Below the pieces are notes generated by a model. The model ran no database searches. It was not told the origin of the DNA and saw nothing but the letters and a program-made list of their open reading frames with translations. A DNA stretch of 64,000 nucleotides, from NCBI GenBank assembly GCA_021298595.1, contig JAJTHL010000021.1:36310-100309 (forward strand). The letters are read 5' to 3'. A program made the translations under genes and the position numbers. Shown here one piece after another: positions 1 through 13,258 of the stretch. Position 1 is the first letter of the stretch. Every line of letters begins with the position of its first letter. This stretch comes from Alphaproteobacteria bacterium (lineage in GTDB: Bacteria; Pseudomonadota; Alphaproteobacteria; Caedimonadales; UBA1908).

Positions 1-488
1 GTATGGGGGTTTTTCGCATTTTTAAAGGTCCCTAGGCGCACCTCGTACTCATTGCGCACATCAATCACCACGACCTCGGGATCTTGCAGCAGGGCGTCCC
101 ACTGACGACTATCCACATAAACGCCTTTGGCTTTGTTAGGATCAATACCCTCGACCCCTAAGGTCACGATCTCTTTTTTGAGACGGACTTTAGTTCTTAG
201 GAACGGTTGGTCTTCTGAAAAGGACTCTTTATACTCAAGGCCTGTAAAACGCCCATCAGCTTCAAGAAAGGCTTTGAGGGCGTCGATTCCGGCGCGGGTA
301 CCCGCAACGGTGCCGTTAATGCCTTCTTTGGCAAGCAGCAAGGTGCCTTTCACGTGATGCTGGCGCAATAGGCTTAAGAGCCTCGGCTGCAGGTCTTTAT
401 AATCCTCAAGACGCACAAACTGATAAAGGGCTGCCACAACGATACTTGGCCCAGTCGAAAAAGGGGTTGCGGGGGAAAGATCAGACAT
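1..488 (-). CDS. trhO: tRNA uridine(34) hydroxylase / rhodanese-domain protein TrhO (YceA, UPF0176), C-terminus off the left edge
   Basis: Not in the ORF track because it is truncated. Reverse translation from ATG at 486-488 gives [75 protein letters not shown]. This is the typical YceA/TrhO N-domain plus the start of the rhodanese domain. Confidence 0.75.
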   Translation of the reverse strand, partial: MSDLSPATPFSTGPSIVVAALYQFVRLEDYKDLQPRLLSLLRQHHVKGTLLLAKEGINGTVAGTRAGIDALKAFLEADGRFTGLEYKESFSEDQPFLRTKVRLKKEIVTLGVEGIDPNKAKGVYVDSRQWDALLQDPEVVVIDVRNEYEVRLGTFKNAKNPH

Positions 489-557
489 GAATCTTCTCAC
501 AAAAAGGGGATCAAACGTCCTTTCTTTCTACGCCAAATGGCGGCCCCAAAGCAAGAC

Positions 558-1145
558 TTAATGGGTGCGGCGCAAGGTCGGCAAGCCTAGAATCTCTGGA
601 ATATTGGGGTCTTTGGCGTGGAAAAAGGTATAAGACAAGGTGAGTGTCCCAATCTCTGCCATGCGGGGGTCGTTCACAATTTCGGGATCCACAAAGAACT
701 GAACGGGCATATCGATCACTTGACCCGGCGGGAGCGTTTGCTCTTCAAAACAAAAACAATCGATTTTGTTAAAGTACTTACCGGCTTTTTCCGGCGTTAC
801 GTTATAGGTCGCAATGCCAACAAGGGGCTGGGAGGATTTGTTTTTTACCTGATAGAAGGCAAGGGCAGATTCGCCGGCGCGCACCTCAATCTCGTGTTGG
901 AGTGGTCTAAAATGCCACGGCAGGTCGCGGTGGGTATTGGCGCTAAAGCGCACCTTAAAGACCCGGTCCACAATGTGCGTCGCGCCCTCGGCCACAATTT
1001 TCGGGGTTCCCCCATAGCCCGTCTTTTGACAAAAAATACGGTAAAGAGGAACAGAGGCGAAAGACAAGACAATCATCGCAAAGAAAAGAGTTCCTATAAC
1101 GATGGCAACCCGCCGGTTTTTGGCTTTTAAGTCAGCAGCGCTCAT
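558..1145 (-). CDS. ctaG: cytochrome c oxidase assembly protein CtaG/Cox11
   Basis: ORF 558..1196. Contains the TM helix plus VPLYRIFCQKTGYGGTP and CFCFEEQ motifs of Cox11. ATG at 1145 (MSAADLKAKNRR) is the likely start. Confidence 0.9.
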   Translation of the reverse strand: MSAADLKAKNRRVAIVIGTLFFAMIVLSFASVPLYRIFCQKTGYGGTPKIVAEGATHIVDRVFKVRFSANTHRDLPWHFRPLQHEIEVRAGESALAFYQVKNKSSQPLVGIATYNVTPEKAGKYFNKIDCFCFEEQTLPPGQVIDMPVQFFVDPEIVNDPRMAEIGTLTLSYTFFHAKDPNIPEILGLPTLRRTH

Positions 1146-1251
1146 CCGCCCACACGCACAAGGGCAAGACCGTAAAAAAGAATCACAAGCACACACAAAA
1201 CAAGACCAAGGGCGGCATTGCGGGTACGAAGAGTGGCGGGTAGGTCTTTTT

Positions 1252-2174
1252 TCATGTGTAGGTTCTCACGACATAGTCCACGATCATACTCAAAAACAAG
1301 ATGAACAAATACGCAATGGAAAAAACAAAAAGGCGTATGGCTTCTTTTTCGCCGCCCTTAATAACGCGCCTGGAAAGTTCCAGGTAAACCGCGCCGAGGA
1401 TCAAGGATACAGCGCCGTAAAGGGGCCCGAGATACCCAAGTCCCCACGGTAAAAGGGCGCTTAATGCCAAGGCAAGGGCGTACACCACAATATGTTGTTT
1501 TGTCACTTTGATGCCGCGCGTGACAGGCAGCATGGGCACACCCGCCAAGGTGTAGTCTTGACACCTATAAAGGGAAAGGGCCCAAAAGTGAGAGGGCGTC
1601 CAAATGAAAATAATCCAAAACAAAAGAAGAGGCAATATCCCGACGTCGCCCGTGACACTCACCCACCCAATAAGGGGAGGAAACGCACCTGCCCCGCCCC
1701 CAATGACGATGTTTTGGGCCGTGCGTCTTTTAAGATAGGCGGTGTAGAAAAAAGTATAATAAAGAATCGAGACACACAAAAGGGCAGCTGCCAAAAAGTT
1801 TGTGGCAAGGGCCATAAGCACCACCGACGTCACGCACAGTAAAACCGAAAAACAAAGCCCGTCCTGGGGCGCGATACGCCCGGCGGGGATGGGTCTTTTC
1901 TGGGTGCGCGTCATGATCATATCAATGTCACGGTCGTACCACATATTAAAGGCAGCCGCCCCTCCGGCTCCAAGGGCAATGGAGAGGAGGGAAATAAAAA
2001 GCACATATGGGTGAAGGTGGCCTGGCGCCAAAAGGGCGCCGATGAACGCCGTAAACACCACAAGGGACAAGACGCCAGGCTTGAGCAGGGTCACAAAATC
2101 CCTGACACTCGCATCACGGCAATCTTCAGCATAAGGTCTTTGGCCTGTTGCAGGAGAAGGGGTTGAAAGCGCCA

Positions 2175-2175
<1 letters not shown>
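1252..2175 (-). CDS. ctaB: protoheme IX farnesyltransferase (heme O synthase)
   Basis: 307-aa polytopic UbiA-family protein (NMWYDRDIDMIMTRTQKRPIP) located between ctaD and ctaG. Start overlaps the ctaD stop by 1 nt. Confidence 0.9.
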
Positions 2176-4657
<2,482 letters not shown>

Positions 4658-4829
4658 TATAGCCTTTTTATCCGCAAAGCGGTACACCCAATGGAAATTT
4701 TATTTATTTTTTTGTTAATCTTTAGGATCAAAGAAAATCCCGCCCTTTCTCTTAAGTTTGCGGTTTAAAGAAGTTTGGGTTAGAGTGGGCTGTTATTAAT
4801 CTTACAAGGCCCAAAGGAGGGGGGCTGCC

Positions 4830-5564
4830 ATGGTCTTGTCCTTATCCACTTTTTGGCGTTATTCCAAGACATTAAAGCCTGTATGCGGTGCGCTTACCTT
4901 CCTTTTTTTGGGTGTGGGGCTTTGGTTTTCCTTGTGGGCCTCACCCCAAGATTATCAACACGGGGAAGCCGTGCGCATCATGTACGTCCATGTGCCTGCC
5001 TCGTGGCTGAGCCTTGGGGTTTACACCTTCATGACCTTGTGTAGTTTTGTGGCCTTTGTGTTTAGAGCCCCCCTTGGCGACATTGCCACGCGCGCAGCCG
5101 CCCCCCTTGGCCTTACTTTCACCTTCATGAGTCTTGTCACAGGGTCTCTTTGGGGAAAGCCCATGTGGGGCACCTGGTGGGTGTGGGACGCAAGGCTCAC
5201 CTCCATGTTTGTTTTGTTCCTATCGTACCTTGGTTATGCGGCCCTCCTTCGTGCCCACGATGACCCTGTTAGAGGGGGACGCGTCGGCGGGCTTTTGATC
5301 ATGGCAGGGTTCGTGAATATCCCCATTATCAAGTTTTCTGTGGAATGGTGGCAAACTCTTCATCAACCAGCCAGCGTTCTACGTCTTGCTGGCCCCAGCA
5401 TTGACCCCAGTATGTTGATTCCCCTTTTTGTGATGGCGGGAGCGTACGCGTTTCTTTTTATGACGCTGCTTCTTGTGCGCATGGAAGCCGTCTTGATGGG
5501 ACGAAAGCTTCACACCCTTGAGCCTCTTATGGGCGAGATTCGCCCTTTGAAGGAGGCTACATGA
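4830..5564 (+). CDS. ccmC: heme exporter protein CcmC
   Basis: 244-aa polytopic protein with the WGxxWxWD tryptophan-rich motif (WGKPMWGTWWVWDARL). RBS AAAGGAGGGGGG lies upstream. Confidence 0.93.
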   Translation: MVLSLSTFWRYSKTLKPVCGALTFLFLGVGLWFSLWASPQDYQHGEAVRIMYVHVPASWLSLGVYTFMTLCSFVAFVFRAPLGDIATRAAAPLGLTFTFMSLVTGSLWGKPMWGTWWVWDARLTSMFVLFLSYLGYAALLRAHDDPVRGGRVGGLLIMAGFVNIPIIKFSVEWWQTLHQPASVLRLAGPSIDPSMLIPLFVMAGAYAFLFMTLLLVRMEAVLMGRKLHTLEPLMGEIRPLKEAT

Positions 5565-5710
5565 CCCCTTACCTTCCTTATATTGCAGGATCATATGGGC
5601 TGTCTTTTTTATGCCTGAGCCTTCTTGGGTTTTTGTGTGTGCGCCAGCACCGTCAAAGACGGGCGCGCCTTTTGTCCCTTAAGCGTCAGCTAGACCAAGA
5701 CGATTCATGA
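5561..5710 (+). CDS. ccmD: heme exporter protein CcmD (small membrane protein)
   Basis: Not in the ORF track (49 aa). MTPYLPYIAGSYGLSFLCLSLLGFLCVRQHRQRRARLL.. has one TM helix and a basic tail. ATGA overlaps link it to both ccmC and ccmE. Confidence 0.75.
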   Translation: MTPYLPYIAGSYGLSFLCLSLLGFLCVRQHRQRRARLLSLKRQLDQDDS

Positions 5711-6171
5711 CCAAACGCCGACGCCAACGCCTGTGGTTTATGGGAGGGATGTTCACCTGTCTTGCAGCCGGGACCCTTGTCTTAACGTTGGTCTTTCGGG
5801 ATAACATTGTCTTTTTCTATACACCAAGCGAATGTATGGTCAAAGCCAAGGTGGGCGAAACGCTACGTGTGGGCGGCCTTGTCCAAGCGGGCAGTATCAT
5901 CCATCAAACAAAGGGCACCATCCCGCACGTGACCTTTGAGCTTGGTGACGGCGCGCATACCATTACCGTTATCTATGAAGGGATTTTGCCGGATCTATTT
6001 CGCCCAGGACAAGGGGCCGTCGTCGAGGGGCGCTTTGAGGCTGAGCCCGCGCGCCTTTTTCGCGCGAGTGTGGTGCTTGCCAAACACGATGAAACCTACC
6101 GCCCGCCAAAAGGGGACACCCCCCTTGATGCGGACCGTTTAGGTAAAAGCCTGGCGCGGGGAAACGCATGA
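5707..6171 (+). CDS. ccmE: cytochrome c-type biogenesis heme chaperone CcmE
   Basis: 154 aa with an N-terminal anchor, an OB-fold body and the heme-binding LAKHDE(T)Y motif. Confidence 0.93.
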   Translation: MTKRRRQRLWFMGGMFTCLAAGTLVLTLVFRDNIVFFYTPSECMVKAKVGETLRVGGLVQAGSIIHQTKGTIPHVTFELGDGAHTITVIYEGILPDLFRPGQGAVVEGRFEAEPARLFRASVVLAKHDETYRPPKGDTPLDADRLGKSLARGNA

Positions 6172-8099
6172 TCTTTGACCTTCCGGTGTCTGTTGCAACC
6201 CTTGGGCAAAGCGCCCTTCTTTGCACCTTTGTCATCACCTGCCTTCAAAGCGTCTTTGGCCCCATAATGCGCCATTTTTTTCAAGGACAAGCTCTTGGCT
6301 TGTGGCGCGCATCACTGCTTTTCTCTTGGGGGCTCATCTCCCTCGCCTTTGGTGGTTTGATCTATGCATATGTGTCGGGCGATTTCAGCCTTAAAAATGT
6401 CTTTGAAAACAGCCATACCCACACGCCGCTCTTGTACAAAATTACAGGCGTGTGGGGCAATCACGAAGGCTCGATCCTTTTGTGGACATGGCTTCTTATG
6501 ACCTATACCACCGTCTTTGCGTGGATGCGGGCGCCCAAAAAAAGCGCCCTTTTTCGCGCCGCCGTTTCATGGCACCAAAGTGTGATCTTGGCCCTGACCT
6601 TAGGGTATGTGGTCTTTTTTTCCTCCCCCTTTGAAGCCCTTTCTGGGTCGTTGTCCCAAGGGCTAGAGCTCAACCCCCTGTTACAAGACGTCGCCCTTTC
6701 GTTTCACCCCCCAACCCTTTACACGGGTTATGTGGGATTTTCCCTTGTGTTTTCCTGCGCCCTCGCGGCAAAAGATTATTCCTTGTGGCACCGCACGGCC
6801 CAGCGCTGGACTCTGTGGTCATGGAGTTTTTTAACCCTTGGCATCACCCTTGGCAGCTGGTGGGCATACTACGAGCTGGGATGGGGTGGTTGGTGGTTTT
6901 GGGATCCCGTTGAAAACGCCTCCCTTATGCCGTGGCTTGTGGCAACGGCCCTGTTGCACCTGTGGCCAGGGCAAAAGGACACGTCTGCCCCCACCAAAAC
7001 GGTCGCCGTTTTATGTGTCATGACCTTCGGCCTTGCGCTTTTAGGGCTTTGCCTTGTACGTTCGGGCATTCTTTCCACGGTTCACGCCTTTGCAAGTGAT
7101 CCCCTTCGCGGCACGTATCTGACGATCATGACTCTTGCCCTTGTCCTTTGGGGCGGGTTTCATCTTGTGAAAGCCGGCGCGCCCGCACCCCACACGCCTA
7201 AACCTTGGGACCTGAACAGAGCAACACTTTTAAAGGGGCAAACCTTTTTAATGATGGGGCTTCTTTTTATTGTGGTGTTAGCAACCCTTTATCCCCTAAT
7301 GAGCGAAAGCATCTGGGATCTGAAGCTGACCATCGGTGCCCCTTATTTCGAGAAAACCTTTGTGCCGCTGGCGTTCATTGGGCTTCTTCTCATGGGTGCG
7401 GCCCCCCTTGTGCCGTACGCGTCGCTTCCCTGGGAGGCCCTTAAAAAGCGCTTGGCGACCCCTTTTTGGCTCACAGCCTTACTGGGCACATGTCTTTTAT
7501 ATCTTTGGGATCCTTACGCCTGGCGGACATTTTGCGGCCTGTGTCTTTCCTTTTGGCTGGGCGCGACCACCCTTAAAAAATGGCTTTTTTTAAACAAGAG
7601 TGCCACAAAAGTGTCTTTAATAAGCGCCCTCTCCCAGCAAAATGTGCGCCAGCACGGTATGGCACTCGCGCATGTAGGCATTGCGTTTCTTGCCATGGGC
7701 ATGTCTTTGCAAAGCTATGGCAAAAAGGAAACCATGGTCGCCCTTAGGGTTGGCGAAAGCACCACTTTCGAAGGGTACGCCGTGACCCTTGAGGACGTTA
7801 TGCGCTATGACGGCCCCACCTATACGGCCGATCAAGCGCGTCTTGTGATAAATCCAGGCGGGATCCTGTCAAAACCCGAAAAACGCTTTTATCCGTCCCG
7901 GGAGCTTTTAACCTCAAAAACGTCCCTTACCCGCGACGGGATGTCTCTTTTTTATACTGCCCTTGGGGGCCTTTTGCCTGATCATAGGTGGGCGCTGCGC
8001 CTTTACCATCATCCCCAGGTGATTTGGATTTGGCTTGGTGCTATAATCGCGGCTGCGGGAGGCCTCCTGTGCCTCAGGGCTTATACGAAAAAGGAGTAA
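6168..8099 (+). CDS. ccmF: cytochrome c-type biogenesis heme lyase subunit CcmF
   Basis: 643-aa polytopic protein with a WWFWDPVENASLMPW tryptophan-rich motif. Position after ccmE fits. Confidence 0.93.
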   Translation: MIFDLPVSVATLGQSALLCTFVITCLQSVFGPIMRHFFQGQALGLWRASLLFSWGLISLAFGGLIYAYVSGDFSLKNVFENSHTHTPLLYKITGVWGNHEGSILLWTWLLMTYTTVFAWMRAPKKSALFRAAVSWHQSVILALTLGYVVFFSSPFEALSGSLSQGLELNPLLQDVALSFHPPTLYTGYVGFSLVFSCALAAKDYSLWHRTAQRWTLWSWSFLTLGITLGSWWAYYELGWGGWWFWDPVENASLMPWLVATALLHLWPGQKDTSAPTKTVAVLCVMTFGLALLGLCLVRSGILSTVHAFASDPLRGTYLTIMTLALVLWGGFHLVKAGAPAPHTPKPWDLNRATLLKGQTFLMMGLLFIVVLATLYPLMSESIWDLKLTIGAPYFEKTFVPLAFIGLLLMGAAPLVPYASLPWEALKKRLATPFWLTALLGTCLLYLWDPYAWRTFCGLCLSFWLGATTLKKWLFLNKSATKVSLISALSQQNVRQHGMALAHVGIAFLAMGMSLQSYGKKETMVALRVGESTTFEGYAVTLEDVMRYDGPTYTADQARLVINPGGILSKPEKRFYPSRELLTSKTSLTRDGMSLFYTALGGLLPDHRWALRLYHHPQVIWIWLGAIIAAAGGLLCLRAYTKKE

Positions 8100-8102
8100 C
8101 GT

Positions 8103-8684
8103 ATGACAACGCCTGAGAACCTTCCCCAAAATAAGCGTTATCTTTATCTTTTTCCGGTCTTGGTCGTGGCCATTGTCTTAGGACTTATGCTGCTTGATCT
8201 GCACAAGGATCCCTTTCCCCAAGCGGGACACCAGGTAGGAAAACCCGCCCCCACCTTTAGCCTGCCCCTTGTGATGCCCACGCCCGCCGGCATCACACAA
8301 CTTTCATCGGCTGATCTTAAGGGGCAGTATACCGTTATTAATTTTTTCGCCAGCTGGTGTAAGTATTGCCGGCGAGAGCACGAGACCCTCAAAGAACTTG
8401 GGGGCCTTCAAGAAAAAAGACACTTTCGGTTATGGGGCGTGAATGTCCACGACACTAAAGAAGCCGTCACCAAGTGGTTTGATGAGGTGGGAAATCCCTA
8501 CGAAAAACTTGGTTTTGACCCCAAAGGTGCGAGCGCTCAGCTATGGGGCGTCATTGGCACACCGCATCTGTTCATCGTGGATCCCCACGGGGTTATTATT
8601 TATCAAGTGAGCGGCTCTTTAACCCACGAGCGGCTGGAGCGTGATGTTCTGCCCCTTTTGCCGACGCCCTCCCATGCGCCTTAG
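8103..8684 (+). CDS. ccmG: thiol:disulfide interchange protein CcmG/DsbE
   Basis: 193 aa with an N-terminal anchor and a thioredoxin fold carrying WCKYC (CxxC) and GVIGTPHLFIVD. Confidence 0.9.
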   Translation: MTTPENLPQNKRYLYLFPVLVVAIVLGLMLLDLHKDPFPQAGHQVGKPAPTFSLPLVMPTPAGITQLSSADLKGQYTVINFFASWCKYCRREHETLKELGGLQEKRHFRLWGVNVHDTKEAVTKWFDEVGNPYEKLGFDPKGASAQLWGVIGTPHLFIVDPHGVIIYQVSGSLTHERLERDVLPLLPTPSHAP

Positions 8685-9087
8685 TATCTTTTGCAAAATC
8701 ACCCTTATTTGTATGGGCTTTTCCTGTGGGGCGGTGGCCAATTTCACCCCCCTTGGCACCCTCTCAGATCCTGCCCTTGAGGCGCGCGCAAAGGCGCTTA
8801 GTCTCATGGTCAAATGCCCCACGTGCAAAGGACAATGTATCGCAGACTCCAACGCCGCCATGGCCCAAGACCTACGCCTTTTTGTGCGCGAAGGTGTCAT
8901 GAAGGGCGCCAGTGACCAGGAAATTTTGGACGCCCTTGTGGCGCGCTTTGGCCCCAGCGTCCTGTTTGATCCGCCGCTCTTACCCCAAACCGCCTTTCTT
9001 TGGGGAGCACCTTTCTTGTTCGCCGGCGCCGGCATCCTTTTGGTCCTGCGCGCACGGCGCGCGGCAAGAGCAAGACGCCCCGTATAG
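8674..9087 (+). CDS. ccmH: cytochrome c-type biogenesis protein CcmH/CycL
   Basis: KCPTCKGQCIADSNAAMAQDLRLFVRE motif (CxxC followed by SIADSNA-like sequence) and a C-terminal TM helix. Start at MRLSIF (8674) is assumed rather than the upstream ORF-track start. Confidence 0.85.
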   Translation: MRLSIFCKITLICMGFSCGAVANFTPLGTLSDPALEARAKALSLMVKCPTCKGQCIADSNAAMAQDLRLFVREGVMKGASDQEILDALVARFGPSVLFDPPLLPQTAFLWGAPFLFAGAGILLVLRARRAARARRPV

Positions 9088-9229
9088 CCCCCCCTTCAAA
9101 AGCCCTTTCCTTCGATGCACGACTTGCATTTTTGTCTAAAAGCCTTAAAAGTGTTGCAGCATGGCGTTAAGATTTGTGGTAAAGTGGCGCTTAGAATTCT
9201 GTCCTTTGTAACGTGTTAGAGGGTAATTA

Positions 9230-12004
9230 ATGTTTCAAGATCTTTTGAAGAAGTTGTTTGGCAGCGCCAATGACCGCGCCATTAAAAAGCTTCATCCCCT
9301 GGTGAAAGAAATCAATAAGTACGAGGCTTCCCTTGAGGGTTTAAGTGACGAAGAACTTCAAGCAAAGACTCCTTACTTCAAAGAACGTCTATCCCAAGGG
9401 GCGTCCCTTGATGACATTTTGCCCGAGGCCTTTGCCGTCGTGCGTGAGGCGTCCAAGCGTGTGCTTGGCATGCGTCATTTTGACGTTCAAATGATGGGCG
9501 GTATTATCCTGCACAAGGGAATGGCCGCCGAAATGATGACCGGTGAAGGTAAAACCCTTGTGGCGACCTTGCCCTCATACCTCAACGCGCTTACGGGGCG
9601 CGGCGTGCATATCGTGACCGTCAACGACTACTTGGCCAAGCGTGACGCCTCTTCCATGGGCAAGATCCACAGCTTTTTGGGGCTGAGTGTGGGGTGTATT
9701 GTCCATGATCTAAGCGACGACGAGCGCCGGCGTGCCTATGGATGTGATATCACTTACGGCACCAACAACGAGCTTGGGTTTGACTACCTGCGCGACAACA
9801 TGAAATTCCGACGCTCTGATATGGTGCAGCGTGACTTTTTCTATGCCGTTGTGGACGAGGTTGACAGCATTCTTATTGACGAAGCGCGCACCCCTCTTAT
9901 TATTTCTGGCCCAGCCGAAGATTCCTCCGAGCTTTACCGCGTCATCAACACGGTCATCCCACAGCTTGCGCCTGAGCACTATGAAAAGGATGAAAAGGCC
10001 CGCTCTGTGACCTTGACCGAGGCCGGCGCCGAGAAAATCGAAGGTATCCTTGCCGATATGGGTCTTGTCAAAGGCAAATCCCTTTACGAACCTCAAAACG
10101 TGTCGTTGGTCCATCACGTGAACCAAGCACTTAAGGCTCATACTCTTTTTACTAAGGACGTTGACTATATCGTGAAGGATAACAAAGTTATCATCATCGA
10201 CGAATTCACTGGTCGTATGATGGACGGGCGTCGTTATTCCGAAGGCCTCCACCAAGCCCTTGAAGCAAAAGAGCATGTGGAAATCCAAATGGAAAACCAG
10301 ACGCTCGCCTCCATCACCTTCCAAAACTATTTTCGTTTGTATGAAAAGCTTTCGGGGATGACGGGAACGGCCATGACAGAGGCCGCTGAGCTTGGTGATA
10401 TCTACAAGCTTGAAGTCGTACAAATCCCTACAAACTTGCCCCTTGCCCGTAAGGACGAAGACGACGAAGTCTACCGCACCGCGCGCGAAAAGTATGAAGC
10501 CATTATTAAACTGATTGAAGAATGTCGTGCGCGCAACCAACCGGTCCTCGTGGGCACAACCAGCATTGAAAAGTCAGAGCTTGTCTCTAGCCTTTTGAGT
10601 AAGGCCAAGATCCCTCACCAAGTGCTAAACGCCAGATACCACGAACAAGAAGCCCGTATTATCGCCCAGGCAGGCGCACCAGGCGCTGTCACCGTTGCCA
10701 CCAACATGGCAGGACGTGGGACCGATATCAAACTTGGAGGAAACTTAGACGCTCTCCTTGAGGAGGCCTTTGTGGGGGTCGATGATCCAAGCAAACGCCA
10801 AGAGATCGAAATAAAAATTCGCGCACAACTTAAAGAAGCCGAGGCGCAGGTTAAAGCAGCCGGCGGTCTTTTTGTCCTGGGAACCGAGCGCCACGAAAGC
10901 CGGCGTATCGACAACCAGTTGCGCGGTCGTTCGGGCCGTCAAGGTGACCCTGGTCAATCGCGCTTTTTCTTGTCTTTAGAAGATGATCTCATGCGTATCT
11001 TTGGCTCTGACCGTTTGGACAGCATGCTGCAAAAGCTAGGCCTTGAAGAAGGCGAAGCCATAGTACACTCGTGGATTAACAAAGCCCTTGAGCGCGCTCA
11101 AAAGAAAGTCGAGGCCCGTAACTACGAGGTCCGCAAACATCTCTTGAAATACGACGACGTCATGAACGATCAACGAAAGGTCATTTACGGCCAACGCCGT
11201 GAACTTATGGACAACGACGATGCCAGCGACATGATTCAAGATATGATGGAAGAGGTCGTCGAAAGCCTTGTGGCGCGCTGCATTCCTGAGGGCACCTACG
11301 CTGAGCAGTGGGATACGGACACCCTCCATGAAGAGTGTTTGCGCGTTCTCAATCTTGATCTGCCCATCGCCACCTGGGCCCAAGAAGAAGGGATTGCCGA
11401 AGGCGAAATTCAAGAACGCCTCATGAACGCTCTTGAAAAAAAGATGGAAGGCAAAGAACGAAACTACGGCGCTTCCGTCATGCGGGCGGCCGAAAAAAGC
11501 ATTCTTCTGCGTGTCTTAGATCAAGTCTGGAAAGACCACCTCCTATCCCTTGATCACCTACGCCAAGGCATTAACCTGCGTGCCTATGCCCAAAGGGACC
11601 CCTTAAACGAGTACAAGCATGAAGCCTTCTTGCAATTCCAAGAGATGCTCGCACGCGTGCGCGAAATGGTCGTCAGCGCCCTGACACACCTTCAGTTTGA
11701 GGAGAGTTTTCAAGGCGGCGTTTATGAAGATACCTTTGAGGATTTAGCACCTTCCAGCGCGGCAGCGCCCTTACATTTGACAGCTCATGCCACCAGCGCC
11801 CGTGAGATGCCCCACACCGACCCCCAGCTTGAGGGCGCGTCTGCTTTTGCTCCGCAAGAGATCTCTTCACAAAAAGCCGATCACACGGCAAAGGAACACT
11901 TTTCAGTTAAAGTAAGCTCCATTGCTCCTCCTGCCAGCCGTAATGCCCTTTGTCCTTGCGGGTCAGGACTTCGCTATAAGCACTGTCACGGAAAAGTGGC
12001 TTAA
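9230..12004 (+). CDS. secA: preprotein translocase ATPase SecA
   Basis: 924 aa with [13 protein letters not shown] Walker [20 protein letters not shown], and the C-terminal zinc motif [14 protein letters not shown]. Confidence 0.98.
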   Translation: MFQDLLKKLFGSANDRAIKKLHPLVKEINKYEASLEGLSDEELQAKTPYFKERLSQGASLDDILPEAFAVVREASKRVLGMRHFDVQMMGGIILHKGMAAEMMTGEGKTLVATLPSYLNALTGRGVHIVTVNDYLAKRDASSMGKIHSFLGLSVGCIVHDLSDDERRRAYGCDITYGTNNELGFDYLRDNMKFRRSDMVQRDFFYAVVDEVDSILIDEARTPLIISGPAEDSSELYRVINTVIPQLAPEHYEKDEKARSVTLTEAGAEKIEGILADMGLVKGKSLYEPQNVSLVHHVNQALKAHTLFTKDVDYIVKDNKVIIIDEFTGRMMDGRRYSEGLHQALEAKEHVEIQMENQTLASITFQNYFRLYEKLSGMTGTAMTEAAELGDIYKLEVVQIPTNLPLARKDEDDEVYRTAREKYEAIIKLIEECRARNQPVLVGTTSIEKSELVSSLLSKAKIPHQVLNARYHEQEARIIAQAGAPGAVTVATNMAGRGTDIKLGGNLDALLEEAFVGVDDPSKRQEIEIKIRAQLKEAEAQVKAAGGLFVLGTERHESRRIDNQLRGRSGRQGDPGQSRFFLSLEDDLMRIFGSDRLDSMLQKLGLEEGEAIVHSWINKALERAQKKVEARNYEVRKHLLKYDDVMNDQRKVIYGQRRELMDNDDASDMIQDMMEEVVESLVARCIPEGTYAEQWDTDTLHEECLRVLNLDLPIATWAQEEGIAEGEIQERLMNALEKKMEGKERNYGASVMRAAEKSILLRVLDQVWKDHLLSLDHLRQGINLRAYAQRDPLNEYKHEAFLQFQEMLARVREMVVSALTHLQFEESFQGGVYEDTFEDLAPSSAAAPLHLTAHATSAREMPHTDPQLEGASAFAPQEISSQKADHTAKEHFSVKVSSIAPPASRNALCPCGSGLRYKHCHGKVA

Positions 12005-12011
12005 GCCCTCC

Positions 12012-13178
12012 ATGACAATACCTTTAAGCGCCGATGTTTGGGATCCTGTAGCTTTGACATCGGCGCTCATTCGTTGCCCCAGTATCACACCCCAAGATGC
12101 AGGCGCCCTCGATGTGGTGGCGGCCGCCCTAATCCCTCTTGGCTTTGAGGTGCACGATCTGACCTTTGAAGGAGGCGGTGGCCCCCGCACACGCAACTTG
12201 TTTGCCAAGCGTGGTGAGGGCGCCCCGCATTTTTGTTTTGCGGGTCATACGGACGTCGTGCCTGCTGGTGCCGAAGACGCGTGGCGTCACCCCCCCTTTG
12301 CGGGCGTGTCAGACGGGACTTATCTTTGGGGGCGGGGTGCCGTTGATATGAAGGGCGCGATCGGCGCTTACCTTTGCGCCCTGGGAACTTTTCTTAAAAA
12401 TCCTTTCACAAGGGGAACCCTCAGCCTTATGATCACGGGAGATGAAGAAGGCACGGGAGTGAACGGCACCCCCAAAATCCTTGAGTGGTTAAAAGGGCGC
12501 GGCGAGAGCATAGACTTGTGTTTAGTCGGAGAACCCACATCATGCACACATATAGGTGACACCCTTAAAATTGGCAGGCGGGGAAGTCTAAATGGGATCC
12601 TTGTTGTCCATGGCATGCAAGGGCATGTGGCCTTTCCTCAAAAGGCCGATAACCCATTGCCACGGCTTGTGGAGACACTTTTTCACTTAGGAGCGGGCCC
12701 CACAGAAGCACCCAGCACACTCTTTGAACCTACGCGTCTTGAAATTACGTCCATAGATGTGGGAAACCCCACGGTGAATCTGATCCCCGCGAAAGCAACT
12801 GCCCGTTTTAACATTCGCTTTAGTGACGCCCAAACGCCGGACAGCTTAGGGGCGTGGCTAAAGGAAACGTGTCAGCTCCATGCCGGATCCCATGAGCTAA
12901 CACTTTGCCTTAGCGGCGTTGCGGAAAGTCTTACCCCCGGTCCCTTAACAGACTTCCTTCAAGATACCGTAGAAAGTTCCACGGGTCTAAGGCCTTGCCT
13001 TTCCACAAAAGGGGCGACCTCTGATGCCCGTTTTATTCGCCACATCGCCTCCGTCATCGAACTGGGCCTTCAAAATCACACTATGCATCAAGTTGATGAA
13101 CATGTACCCCTCCAAGACCTCCATGACTTAACAGCTCTTTACGGGGCTATTCTTACTCAATATTTTTCTCGTTCTTAG
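12012..13178 (+). CDS. dapE: succinyl-diaminopimelate desuccinylase
   Basis: M20 peptidase motifs (FAGHTDVVP, RGAVDMKG, ITGDEEG). ATG at 12012 was chosen so the gene does not overlap the secA C-terminus. Confidence 0.85.
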   Translation: MTIPLSADVWDPVALTSALIRCPSITPQDAGALDVVAAALIPLGFEVHDLTFEGGGGPRTRNLFAKRGEGAPHFCFAGHTDVVPAGAEDAWRHPPFAGVSDGTYLWGRGAVDMKGAIGAYLCALGTFLKNPFTRGTLSLMITGDEEGTGVNGTPKILEWLKGRGESIDLCLVGEPTSCTHIGDTLKIGRRGSLNGILVVHGMQGHVAFPQKADNPLPRLVETLFHLGAGPTEAPSTLFEPTRLEITSIDVGNPTVNLIPAKATARFNIRFSDAQTPDSLGAWLKETCQLHAGSHELTLCLSGVAESLTPGPLTDFLQDTVESSTGLRPCLSTKGATSDARFIRHIASVIELGLQNHTMHQVDEHVPLQDLHDLTALYGAILTQYFSRS

Positions 13179-13258
13179 CAGATAATGTATCGTTGCCTAT
13201 AACCCATTCGCGGCGTTGCGGTTTTTCAAAATCGCCTGTCCTCTAGAAAAGAGCCCCT

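Noticed and set aside
618-1130. A long antisense ORF (170 aa) inside ctaG. Similar shadow ORFs lie inside secA (9710-10540), spoT (61993-62709), glmS (27291-27905), fabD (33565-34059) and the coiled-coil genes (15096-15665, 17565-17870).
   Set aside because: Each lies entirely opposite a gene with strong family motifs. Each has a low-complexity or Arg/Ser/Pro-rich composition typical of antisense frames in GC-richer DNA, and none has a recognisable motif.
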